This document shows positions 1 to 10,797 of a stretch of DNA of 44,697 nucleotides, piece after piece. Every line of letters begins with the position of its first letter. Positions within the stretch are counted from its first letter, which is position 1. Source of the stretch: Octopus bimaculoides (lineage: Eukaryota); contig NC_068988.1 of assembly GCF_001194135.2 (NCBI RefSeq), positions 16,364,080 through 16,408,776 of the forward strand, read 5' to 3'. The translations under genes and the position numbers were made by a program. The notes beneath the pieces were generated by a model. It did not search any database and was not told where the DNA came from. It saw only the letters and a program-made list of their open reading frames with translations.

Positions 1-19
1 CCCCATAAAATAATATCAA

Positions 20-160
20 TAATGGTTTGTGGTATTGGCACACGGCCACCGACTTCTTTGTAAGGCAAAATCGAATGCTCTGACACTTTAACTGCAGTAC
101 ATATCGACTGGTACTTATTTGATCAGACCTTGTGGTTAAAAGAACATTTCAACGCCGGTG
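20..160 (-). mobile_element. Degenerate 3' part of a family-A tRNA-derived SINE
   Basis: Reverse complement has GATCAAATAAGTACCAGTCGAT and ends GGCCGTGTGCCAATACCACAAACCA, resembling the body and tail of the copies at 245-464, 2495-2688 and 15610-15838. Confidence 0.45.
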
Positions 161-244
161 GTAATTTTGTTAATTAATGTAACGAAAGAGTATAAAACAT
201 GTCCATGTTCTCTTATTTCAATACCGTTTGAAATTGATAATAAC

Positions 245-464
245 AATAATAATAGTTTCAGATTTTGGCAGAAATCCAGCAAGTACGGGAGAGGAGATAA
301 AATCGATTATATCGACCCCCCCCCCAGATTTCAAACGGACCTTAATTTATCGACCCCGAAGAAATGAAAGACGATGTCAACATTATCTGCATTTAAACCC
401 AGAAACTAAAGGCGGACGAAATGCTGCTCATCATTTTGTCCGGCGTGCTTATCGACTACTCCGC
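245..464 (-). mobile_element. Family-A tRNA-derived SINE
   Basis: Reverse complement reads ..AGCACGCCGGACAAAATG..CATTTCGTCCGCC..TTTCATTTCTTCGGGGTCGATAAATTAAG..GGGGTCGATATAATCGATT..GCCAAAATCTGAAACTATTATTATT, colinear with 15610-15838. Confidence 0.75.
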
Positions 465-1971
465 GTTTTTTTTTTCGTTCCTGTCACCGATCATGTGGAA
501 GGTAATAGTTCTAGAATTAGTATCCCTAACAAAGTATTCTCACGACTGGTTTACTTGAATAGCCTCTGGAGAGTAAGTCGAACCAAATTGCCACGTGGGC
601 AAGACTCTTGTCAGGACCCACACGGAAGAGCTGGAGATGACTTTGTGAGGCAGGGCAAGTGTGGAGGAGTAGGTGCTATTAACACCTCGACACAGATGGT
701 ACAGGTGTCCACAGGTACTTATCATATGACTGTATCACAAAATAAACAGGATTATAATCGCAGGAAAATAAAACCACGCTATGAAAGCGGATGCAGAATA
801 AAATGGAGCAAAGAATATAAATTTGCAGTCAAGCAGAATATTTACACAAAAAATAACCGAAGGGCACGCGATCGGGCTGACAGGCACTTCAGTTTTGGAA
901 AAGTATTGACATGATTGAAATTAATGTATATAATTTTCTGCGACAGATATAAAAAATTAGAGGTAGTCTTTGATTGACCAAAGTTGAATTAGTATCCCTG
1001 CAAGTTGAAGTACAAAATATGAAGTTTAACATTGAAGATAATTTAGATGAAACGAGTGTCTAAAGAGGGGAACAAAGAGTTCATAATAGAAATGAATCAA
1101 CTGAAGAAAGATGATGATAATGCAGAAAATGTCGAAACGGTAAATGTGGAGTGAAAGGAGAATCAAGTGATCTAGGCATCGAGAAATTGAAAGAAAATTG
1201 AATGAAGAGGAAAAAGCCAGATTAATTATCCAAATATTAAGAGATATATTTCATGATACTCGATTTGATATTATAATGAAATAATATAGTTTAATGACTT
1301 TTTAAATTAAAGCTATTCTTGTGGTAATAAACTATCGGGTTTATGATCGTCAATAGTGTATCTTTTAATATATTTCGGAGCACATTTTGCCTTAATTTGT
1401 CTGCTTCTATTAACAACGTATTCTGGTTATTGCTAAAGGTATCGTTTAATTTATTCAGATTGACATTCTTCGAGTACAAAGATTAAGCGTCGTAAAATTA
1501 AATATGCTTTTACACTTTATATGTTCGTTCTTTGTGTAGTTATGTTCATTCTAAATTAATATGTACTTTAAAGTAAAAGACAACAAATTTGTTCTTCAAT
1601 AAATTTAACTTGAACAGAAATCTTACAAAAGACATTTTTTATCCACCGCTGCTCACAGTAAAACTCAGAATATTAATACTACTAATAATAATGCAAGCAA
1701 GAATAACAATGAAAATAATTAGGATCAATCTAAAGACTATCATTTCCCATATGGGAAAGGAAAGTTACAGAGGTTAGCTTTTGTACCATACTTATGGCGA
1801 CATATATTCTGCTTTGGGGAATAGAGATTAAACGATAATACCACATTTTCAATTTCTTATTGTTTTATATCGATTTTGTTTTTATTTATTTCCCTATGTT
1901 ATCTATTATTTTGTTTTCAGAAAGGGTAAGTTCATGAATAATATTTAAGATTTCAGGTACAGGGCAGATAA

Positions 1972-2027
1972 TTATCATCATCATCATCATCATCGTCGTC
2001 GTCGTCGTCATCGTCGTCACCATCAAT

Positions 2028-2062
<35 letters not shown>

Positions 2063-2068
2063 TATTAT
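1972..2068. repeat. Compound trinucleotide microsatellite (ATC/GTC/ATT)
   Basis: Seen directly in the sequence. Confidence 0.95.
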
Positions 2069-2200
2069 AGCCGTTAGTCTGTGGAGTCATACAAGTTGGA
2101 GCTCCGCAACTTGTAAGTGTCTAATCAAGTATTTCAGCTGGTTGTAAACCGCTCGTTCAAAATTTTATTTAAAAAGTGTATTGCTTACATTGTCTGGATC

Positions 2201-2223
2201 CAGCGGCAGCAGCGGCAGCTGCG

Positions 2224-2255
<32 letters not shown>

Positions 2256-2257
2256 GG
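2201..2257. repeat. Imperfect (CAG/CGG)n microsatellite
   Basis: Seen directly; explains the poly-Ser/Gly stretch of ORF 2181..2495. Confidence 0.9.
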
Positions 2258-2304
2258 TAATACTTGTCGTGTACTCTTGTACTACTTTTCACTTCTAATA
2301 TTGG

Positions 2305-2420
2305 GCTCCTTGTCGCTTGTACTCTTTCTGCGCAAGACTTTCACAAGAACTAACAATGTGAGTCACGCTTTCGATCCTCTTCTCACACATTCTGCGGAGG
2401 TCCGTTGCACTTTTGTGGTA
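2305..2420 (-). mobile_element. R4/Dong-like RLE LINE internal fragment (CCHC zinc knuckle)
   Basis: Minus strand translates YHKSATDLRRMCEKRIESVTHIVSSCESLAQKEYKR. This matches the CRxC..ES..HIVSxC..LAQKEYKRRHD knuckle preceding the restriction-like endonuclease in R4-clade LINEs; the first Cys is mutated to Arg. Confidence 0.75.

Positions 2421-2490
<70 letters not shown>
2421..2490. repeat. (TAT)n / (AAT)n microsatellite, ~23 units
   Basis: Seen directly; abuts the 5' end of the LINE fragment at 2305-2420. Confidence 0.98.
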
Positions 2491-2492
<2 letters not shown>

Positions 2493-2494
2493 TG

Positions 2495-2688
2495 AGGGGG
2501 TGAAATGCCAGAATCGTTAGTGCGCCAGGAAAAATCTTTATCTGCATTTCGTCCATCTATACGCTCTAAGTTCAAATTCCGCCGAGGTCGACTTTGCCTT
2601 TCATCCTTTCACAGTCGATAAATTAAGTACGACTTGAACACTGGGGTCAACGTAATTGATTTAACCTTCCCCAGAAATTGCTGGCGTT
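2495..2688 (+). mobile_element. Family-A tRNA-derived SINE lacking its normal tail
   Basis: A-box-like GCCAGAATCGTTAG, B-box-like AGTTCAAATTCC, core GAGGTCGACTTTGCCTTTCATCCTTTC..GTCGATAAATTAAGTAC; runs straight into LINE coding sequence at ~2689. Confidence 0.8.
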
Positions 2689-3451
2689 GTGCTAGAGTGC
2701 GACGACGTTCTCGGGGAAAGTCTGGGTGTCGATCCGATCAACGAACCGGTCTGTTTCAGAGAACTTTCGGGCCTGGGCCTATGGATATCTTGCAGAAATC
2801 CCTTGCCTGGGCTACCGAGGGCTACCGAGAGGTGCTGCCTGTTCAGGATAAAATTTACAGGCACAGAAGTACCGTCAGCTGGGACTGCCCGAGGTGCCCC
2901 CAGACGAATGAAAGCGTTCTGCACGCCTTAGTCCAGTGCCCGAGTATTGCTGACTCGTGGGTTTATGTCGTGCACCTGCTGTCGAGTGTTGGAGGGATCT
3001 GGCTATCAGCTGAATCCATTGTGAAAATTGCCTCACCCGTTTGAAAGGGTTAAAGACAGACATTTTGATCTTTAGCCATTCCCTTATCAACTTTTTCAAG
3101 TTTCGCTTGAAAAGGAAGTTGAGGGTGGGAAGGGAAGTGTTGATTGAAGCAAGTTTGTTGAAAGGTGGGTAAATGTTAGAAGAATGGCCAATGTGAAAGG
3201 ACCAATTCTGAGTGTGCACCTATAAACCAAAGAGGGGCTCTTGCCCTGTTGGTCATGCACCCGTGGCTTTTGTGGGCTTTTCCAGGTGGTCCTTAAAGAG
3301 CCTTCTCCATTGGGAATTTTAAATTGTTTATTATTTAATTGTTATTCATATTGTTTACACGTTATAGAACCCATTGTATCGTCCTCTTCTGTCTTTTATG
3401 TTGTTGTATGTTTTTTAATGTAATTTATGTGAGCCGTTGTGGCCAATAAAA
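2689..3451 (+). mobile_element. L1-clade (Tx1-like) LINE, 5'-truncated: ORF2 C-terminus plus 3' UTR
   Basis: Translates ..LPVQDKIYRH..WDCPRCPQTNESVLHALVQCP.. (zf-RVT-type CxxC..H-x4-C), then with frameshifts ..INFFKFRLKRK.. and FVERWVNVRRMANVKGPILSVHL*. A T-rich UTR follows, with AATAAA at 3445-3450. Confidence 0.85.
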
Positions 3452-3461
3452 GGATGAATTA

Positions 3462-3930
3462 TTATTAGAATTATTCAACACATTGCAGAGAATCCTATAT
3501 TATGATATTTATTGAAGATATTGTGTCTACCGGGGGTTTGTACTGTTTGTCAAGTCACAACAAGAATCTCAGACTGGCAGTACTTTACGCAATGTGCATA
3601 CAGTTCCAATTAATGCCGATTTTTGCAATACACCTAGATTGTAGGGTGTTGCTATCCAGATATTTATCCAATTTAGGTGGTATTGAACCCAACGCTGCGA
3701 TGACAACAGGGACAGCCTTTATAATTGACTCTCGTAGCTGACACATCTTGGTGATCTCAATTCCGAGGTGTCTATATTCACCAATCATTTTCTTTCGTTC
3801 ATGACAATACTTTGATCTCCTGACACTGCCGTATCAATTATTAGGCGCTCGTTTGTCTCTGCTAAAGGTTATTATATCTGATCATCGGTGCTCTAACACC
3901 GTGTCAATCTGGAAGTCAAAATCCCAGAAG
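3462..3930 (-). mobile_element. R4/Dong-like RLE LINE, 3' end (PD-(D/E)xK endonuclease remnant)
   Basis: Minus strand: FWDFDFQIDTVLEH.., LIIDTAVSGDQSIVM.., EYRHLGIEITKMCQLRESIIKAVPVVIAALGSIPPKLDKYL, then LRKVL; ends in a short AAT tail. The 5' end abuts (AAT)5. Confidence 0.85.
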
Positions 3931-4996
3931 GTTATTATTATTATTATTGTCATCATCATCATCATCATTTTTATTGTTATTATTATTTACTCATTGATGT
4001 TAAGAGAATTGTGAAAAGAACGCATTAAGTAAACATTTAACTTGAAACGTCAAGCTGAAAGCAAATTGGAAAAACATTGCACACTTAAAAGTGTATTTTA
4101 ATGGCAATACGTAAAAGATTTGCTTGGTAAGTCAATACACTTGGTAACGTTACCTATTGGTTATTCGCCATAGATTGTAATAACTCCATTTTATTTACTC
4201 CGTTAGCAACTTTGAACGTTAGCATAAAATTTACTCAAAGAGTTAATAGTGAAGGAGTGGTTAGAAATCACGGATAGAGGCCTCGGGAATGTTTGCATCG
4301 CATTTTATAGACCTAAGGTAAAACTCAAAGAATTGATCTATAAATTGGTTCACTTGCCAAAATTGCAGAAAGTTCCTTCCATTTAACGCTTAAATAAATT
4401 ACGCAGACACACACAAGCACAGACAGACGCACACTCACACACATGCTCACACGCACGTACGCATTCGTGCACACACAATCACACACACATATACACGTTC
4501 GCATGCACACAGACACACATACACACACTAACATATGTAATAGAATATATCTACATCTATTTATATATACAAATATATGCATTGTTTTAAAGAACACTGG
4601 GTAAGTGATTTTTTCGTAACTTTTATATTATCTTCTAAAACATATATACACGCAATAGATACTTCAAAAGTAAAATAGACTCCAATTATTAACTGAATGA
4701 TCAAAAGCGAGCAACAGAGAATGCCTGAATTATGGGCCTTTCATTTATAATGTATTAAACAATACTCTACGCTAATAATATATTGCATTCTGTTATACAT
4801 CGCTTGTTGGTGAATCAACAATTGTTTAGTCTTCTCAAAGAGGCTCATAAAATTAGTATATGTGTGTGTGTGGCTGAATACTATATTGACCCGTATCATT
4901 TTAATGTAACTTTCAGTCAAAATCTTCGTGATTCGGTGTAATGAGATTTTAGAATGACAGAAAGCATCCATACTATAGGACAATTCTAATACTTAA

Positions 4997-5207
4997 CCCT
5001 TAGCATTTAAACGGACCATTTCAAGCAAAAATATTCCACCCGCTTTATGTTCAAACTGGCCAGATCCGGCTTTTGACACTTATTGTAAAATGCCATCCTT
5101 ATAAGCAAAGGCCTCATTAAAATATCGAAGCTACGAAATGTCGCATCATTAACTCGAAACAAACTAAATAAACATTACATTTGACAGAGTAATCTGAATG
5201 CTTAGGG
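4997..5207. mobile_element. piggyBac-type non-autonomous MITE (211 bp)
   Basis: TTAA at 4993-4996, then CCCTTAGCATT; right end AATGCTTAGGG (1 mismatch to a perfect TIR) followed by TTTAA. No ORF. TTAA plus CCC termini is the established piggyBac signature. Confidence 0.7.
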
Positions 5208-8039
5208 TTTAAATTTATTTTAGTTTTCCGGATTAACTTTCAGTTGCGCATAAAATAATTATTGTTTAAATAACGACATGTCGTCTAATCTCAAATATGC
5301 AAATTTAGATATCCACTAATGTACTAACCTAATTTACACCGTAGCTGAACTTGACCCCTGACTGAGAGAGGAAACCGAGAGTGTTTTCGTGAGAAATATT
5401 GAATAAAAGTGTAAAGGTATGTTCAACCAAGACGTGGAGACAATTTTAACAACGAACAATATTCCTATATTAACATGTTACTAAGGAAGATATGATGGCA
5501 TACTATTTGGTAGATGAGCAGAGCCATAACTGACATGTGTGTTAAGTGTCAGAAATGCCTTCAACAATTTTTCAGTTGAGTGCAGCTTTTACAACACAAC
5601 GAATCTGATTAGCCATACCGAGAAGCCTAGCGACAAGTATAGCGCAAGATATCCAACCCAGAAGAGAAGCAGGTTTTATATACGAGTTGACCTTCTCATC
5701 GAGGGATACTATGACAAATACTAGAGGTTTATCATTCCCAATGAGCTAAGCACCCCAGACCGCAACTAAATCTGTAAATCCCAGTGGATACATGAATATA
5801 TAGGCCAATTCTAACGCATGCATAGGACAGCTCTGGGTACCCGCTTGCACTACCTTGACTGCAACTGTAACTAGACAACAAACAGCTCACAATACGTTTA
5901 GGGCCTTCAGTATTTTACTTAATTACATTGCAAATAGCCCAAGTGATATAACTCAAAGTGGCTATATGCAAAAACTTCAACAAAAATTATGAATAAATTT
6001 TTATCAATTACTATAGGAAGAAAATTCTTGATTTGTTAAAGTTCATTTTTGTTCGTGTGAAAACAAATGTTACGTGATAATAGCGAGCAACTACAAATGA
6101 AAAGAGGAGATTTATACCAAGAATGAAAAATTCTCTGAAATTAACAACGAAAAGACAGTATGAGACGAGATATTTTGACTCGAATAGAGTAGAAAACATG
6201 TATGGTCTAGAATATTTTGCATAATTTAAACGAAAAGGTGATTAGACAGCATAGCCTTGCCATAGATGTTATTCGATGGATTACTCTATTTCGATTATAT
6301 CCTTATGTATTATTACAGTATCGCTGATTTTTAATTAATACCATTCTCTTATGCTCTACGTCGGTCATTCAGTGTGCGTTAGGAAGCATACAGAATAGGT
6401 ATTTAAAGGATTTATCATATGGTGGCGGCGTGAGCATATGCCATTTCCCCTTCACACTTTTACCGACAGCATGTTTTCTTTCATGGATTTACAGTTGCAC
6501 TTTGTATACGAGATGAGAAACAATGTACCGAACAGACTACATTTCATGTTATGATTTATTCTACATATCTTTGCTCTGAATGTATATATATCACAAGCCC
6601 TTGCTGCAAGTCTCAATCTAAGAAGAATACCCACTATTGATATTTCACATTCTGTGTCTTGGAATAGCTGTGATCTTAATCTTTGCTTTATCCCAGAGAG
6701 AATATTTTCGACCACCGCATTGGATTCCTTCTTGGTGCTACAAGCAAGAAAATAATTCAAGTGCCTATTCATTCTCACTGAAAATAATGGTGGTGCAGTT
6801 TACTGTGTTTTTTTTTAAAATTTAAACTATTCTGCTTTAATTTCCATGTTATTGGCTCCGGATTTGGTATTTATGTGTTAAACTATTCAGTTGGCAAACA
6901 TCCTATTTTCACTAGACATGTTGTCAATGTGGTTAACGGAATTGTTCATTGATAATAACTATCAACCTGATATTGACCACTTTTCCGTAGTCTTTCAATG
7001 CGACATTTAAATTCGTTAAAAATATTCCAGAAAGTTACGACGAGAAGACAGCTGTATCGGAAATTAACGTTCTATAATACCAGGGCCCCTGAATGGAAAA
7101 TTTATGCTTTTGTTTCTCAGATAACGTTGATGATTATGTATATGTTAGAGACTGCGAATAACTTTGCATACAGCACCTTATTAAATGCATATCTTTGAAG
7201 ATAACGATAACGTTTGAAACCCAGTAGGTACGTATTAGAATATATCCTTGCTGGTTTTAGTTTCATGTAGGGAATATTTCAAATTTGTGGATGATGCTTT
7301 TACTTTATGTCCGGATACATTCTGTAAAAACATCATCACCATTTTAACGGGTCGTCAAATGGTGTTTCTTGCACTCCATTACATTTTGGAAGCATGTGTG
7401 TGTGTGCGTGTGTGTCTGTATGTTTATCTGCGTGCGTGCTTGTGTGTAAGTTTGGTTCGGGCGCTCACGATAAGAAACGAATAGAATCACATATAAGAGT
7501 TCCTACTGTTAATTATTGTACAATCGTTTCTATAATCGTTGGACGATCTGAATATAAATATAAAAATTGAATTACATCCTAATAAAGGAAATGTTTCTTA
7601 AATGCCCCTTTCCTATTCAGATACATACACATATACACAGCAAGAAAGAACGGTTACATTGAAATGTAAAAAAACTACTTTTATAGACACCATCTGTTTT
7701 TCATACATAACGTATATACAGTATTCACAGACATAATGGCATGAATTTGTGTGAGAGAAAATATTTTATAGACATGTCTTAATACACAATATACATAGAT
7801 ATCTCAGAAGTGAATAACACTATCATATTTTAGAGATTTATTGCTAGAAGCAATACAAAATCGTTTGATGTATTTAAATATTTGATACAGTATTTAGTGG
7901 GCATAGGTTGTGCGTAGTATATCAAAAAGTTTGAAGCAACTAGTTAGAGTCAGCACATATTAAACAGTATAATTAGGGGTGTTCAATTACTTATGAGATA
8001 TTTACCCCGGCCTCTCTCTCTTTCTCTCCAAATATATAC

Positions 8040-8048
<9 letters not shown>

Positions 8049-8090
<42 letters not shown>
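8049..8090. repeat. (TG)n microsatellite
   Basis: Seen directly. Confidence 0.98.
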
Positions 8091-8092
<2 letters not shown>

Positions 8093-8094
8093 CC

Positions 8095-8413
8095 ATGGCT
8101 AGTGATTAGAACGTCGGGTTTACAATCACGATGTAGTGACTTCCATTCCCAGCCCGGGTGTGTTGGGCTCTTGAGCATGACGCTTTATTTCACATTTCTT
8201 CAATTCCTTCAGCAGTAGAAATGAGTTGTGACGTCATTGGCGCCAAGCTGTATCGGCCTTTGCCTTTCGTTTGGATAAATAACAGAGGTTATTTATCCAG
8301 AGACTAGCATGCATGGGCGACTGTTGAAAAATCTTGCCCGGACTTGCGCCTCGTGGGGGAACTTTCTAGGTGCAATCCCATGGTTATTTATGACCGAAAG
8401 ATGTCTTTACCCT
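8095..8413 (+). mobile_element. Family-B tRNA-derived SINE
   Basis: tRNA-like head ATGGCTAGTGATTAGAACGTCGGG..GACTTCCATTCCCAG with degenerate A/B boxes, followed by CTTGAGCATGACGCTTTATTTCAC; body ends TTTCTAGGTGCAATCCCATGG..GTCTTTACCCTT. Confidence 0.75.
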
Positions 8414-8703
8414 TTTTATACATAGACTCATACAAACCTATCTCTCTCTTTCTCTGTCTGTTTTTTTGTCTGTCTGTCTCTGTCTCTGTCTCTCTGTCTC
8501 TCTTTCTCTCTCTCTATCTATCTATCTTTCACATGATATGACATTCTTGATCGGCTAGGTCAAGGGTGCGAAGCTCCGAAGTGTACTTACGTATGCGCAC
8601 GACAACATATGTACCTTAATAGGCCAAAGCGAGGTACAAGTCACTAACAGTCGTTTGCAAGGGGCAGTAAATCTAATATGAACGTGCATGTGTGTATGTA
8701 TAC

Positions 8704-8708
<5 letters not shown>

Positions 8709-8762
<54 letters not shown>
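8709..8762. repeat. (TA)n microsatellite within a longer TA/CA/TACA compound tract
   Basis: Seen directly; source of the IY-repeat ORFs. Confidence 0.98.
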
Positions 8763-8767
<5 letters not shown>

Positions 8768-8868
8768 AAACACACATGTATATTTATATATATATATACG
8801 TATACACATACAAATATATATATATATATATGTATAGATATAGGTATGCATATCTATCTAACTTATAT

Positions 8869-8915
<47 letters not shown>

Positions 8916-9127
8916 GTAATAAATTTCACGGATACACTCGCATTGAAGTACATATACATAGTAAGGTTCTTGTGTACATGTATGTATATATGCCTGATAC
9001 GTATATTAGGTATATTACAGGAAATAAATATTTCTATCCATCTATCTATCTATAATATAGTATATATGTGTTTGTCCGACCTTTTCTATACACTATTTAT
9101 GAATGCTTTACTGTAATATTGCTTTTT

Positions 9128-9302
9128 TAGGGAAGGGGTTTCTTCGTCTACACCGCCACCAGTTCTCAAGTGGTTCTTATTTTAGCAATACTGAAATGTA
9201 GAAATGCAAAATCGACGTCAGTGGAATTTGAACTCATAACGTAAAGGTAGACGAAATGCCGTTAAGTCGGTATGCTAACGACTCTGCAAGTTCACTGCCT
9301 TA
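9128..9302 (-). mobile_element. Family-A tRNA-derived SINE
   Basis: Reverse complement AAGGCAGTGAACTTGCAGAGTCGTTAGCATACCG..CATTTCGTCTACC..GAGTTCAAATTCCACTGACGTCGATTTTGC..AAATAAGAACCAC. Confidence 0.7.
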
Positions 9303-9673
9303 TATTTTACTATAATATTGTAAATTAAATTATTTACTTCGTCTTTATCTTATCAAGACACTCCTGATAATTTACGTCGTTTCATTATATAAATATCGTA
9401 GTTTGAAAAACGATCATCCTCCATTCCCTTGTTCCAACATTTCAAATTTAACAATTTCTTGGGCTAAGTTGCTCATCATCGAAATCTTTCTTCCTACCTA
9501 TTTCTTTTTCTTTCTTTCTATCTCTACCCCTCTTACTAATTCATATATGTTTCTGTATTGGAAATGTGATTTGAAACTCACAAACAAAATAAACAATACT
9601 TTTTCGTGACGAACAAGTACACACACGTGTACAAGCACACATTCACACACACACAGGCACATACAAACGCTCG

Positions 9674-9677
<4 letters not shown>

Positions 9678-9719
<42 letters not shown>
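9678..9719. repeat. (CA)n microsatellite
   Basis: Seen directly. Confidence 0.98.
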
Positions 9720-9721
<2 letters not shown>

Positions 9722-9839
9722 GAAATAAACACTCGCACAAACAGACCAGACAAACATCTGGACATAAATATGTAAGTACGTACACAAATATATCCGAAGC
9801 AACGTTTGCAAAAAAGACAGCACCCAAAGAAACATCATC

Positions 9840-9887
<48 letters not shown>

Positions 9888-10755
9888 AACTGCCACAGGG
9901 CCTGTCATAACAATAACAACAAACAAGCATAAAAATATAAAAGCCAAACATAAACATTAAAGAAATCGTGCCCTGAGGACTTTAGTTTTATTTTGCTGAA
10001 AGATTCATGTTTTAGAAAAAAGGAAAAACTAGAACAAAAAATTGAAGTCTGTTTTATAGACATATGTGAGAGAGAATCATCTCTGCTGATGTTTATGCTG
10101 CGTCCATTATCATATATCTCAGAATATTTGATATAACTTAATTTCTGAAGGAAATTTTTCTAGAAAGTCTTCATTAAATTTTATTGTCCATTTTTTTTCT
10201 GAACTTAAAAAAAAAAAAAAAAGCATTCTGTTTTTCTTGCATAGCTCTGAGATATGTTGTCAGTTTATATAGAAACTAAATTAAAATGACTACAAAAATA
10301 AAACTATCAGCAATAAGAAATACGTTTCCAGCAACATCAGCAAGATGAGCAAAGGACAAAGAGTAACAATAACGTTTGTCATAACACAGATTTCTCTCAA
10401 AAGTAACACAGTTTTATCGTTCATATCGATGCTTTTCCCTTGGGTAAGTAAGGGAGAAGGAGACTTACTGAATTGAAATGATATTTTCTATTTTTTTATT
10501 TATTTTTTTTCTGTCATCAATTATTGGTTGTTTTATTGTCTGCCTGTCATTGATCAAGAATACTCTAAATCTAGTAGGACTAAACACAAACTCTGATGCG
10601 TGTCTCAATTCACGCCACACGCATACATAGACTTATAACGATAAACAAGACACACAAACTGATTGAAATAGATCTTTCAAAGAAATTTCCCTCAAGTAGA
10701 CAAACATTACTCACAAAATACGCAGTCATAGAAAGCATATGTTCATAGATACATC

Positions 10756-10797
<42 letters not shown>

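Noticed and set aside
228-914. Longest gap-free ORF (228 aa)
   Set aside because: Its first third is the antisense of a SINE, it starts at TTG, and I recognise no domain or splice structure.
1618-1824. Asn-rich frame KSYKRHFLSTAAH..NNNENN*DQSKDYHFPYGKGKLQR
   Set aside because: In-frame TAG at 1720-1722, weak splice sites, low complexity from AAT-like repeats, no recognisable homology.
2091-2114. Near-palindrome ACAAGTTGGAGCTCC(GC)AACTTGT
   Set aside because: Short and isolated; probably part of a decayed retroelement end. No supporting context.
5297-5304. Octamer ATGCAAAT motifs (several in the window)
   Set aside because: Expected frequency in AT-rich DNA, with no snRNA gene or other promoter context.
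5660-5770. Minus-strand VAVWGA*..KPLVFV..KVNSYI resembling a Tc1/mariner catalytic segment
   Set aside because: Similarity too weak and not continued by QQD or SPDLNP motifs.
7270-7400. YFKFVDDAFTL resembling a Penelope-type RT motif, after an acceptor-like site
   Set aside because: A single short motif with no other RT motifs nearby.
8555-9947. ORFs rich in IY, CV, HT or poly-I (here and throughout the window)
   Set aside because: Translations of (TA)n, (TG)n, (CA)n and (AAT)n microsatellites, which lack stops in some frames.
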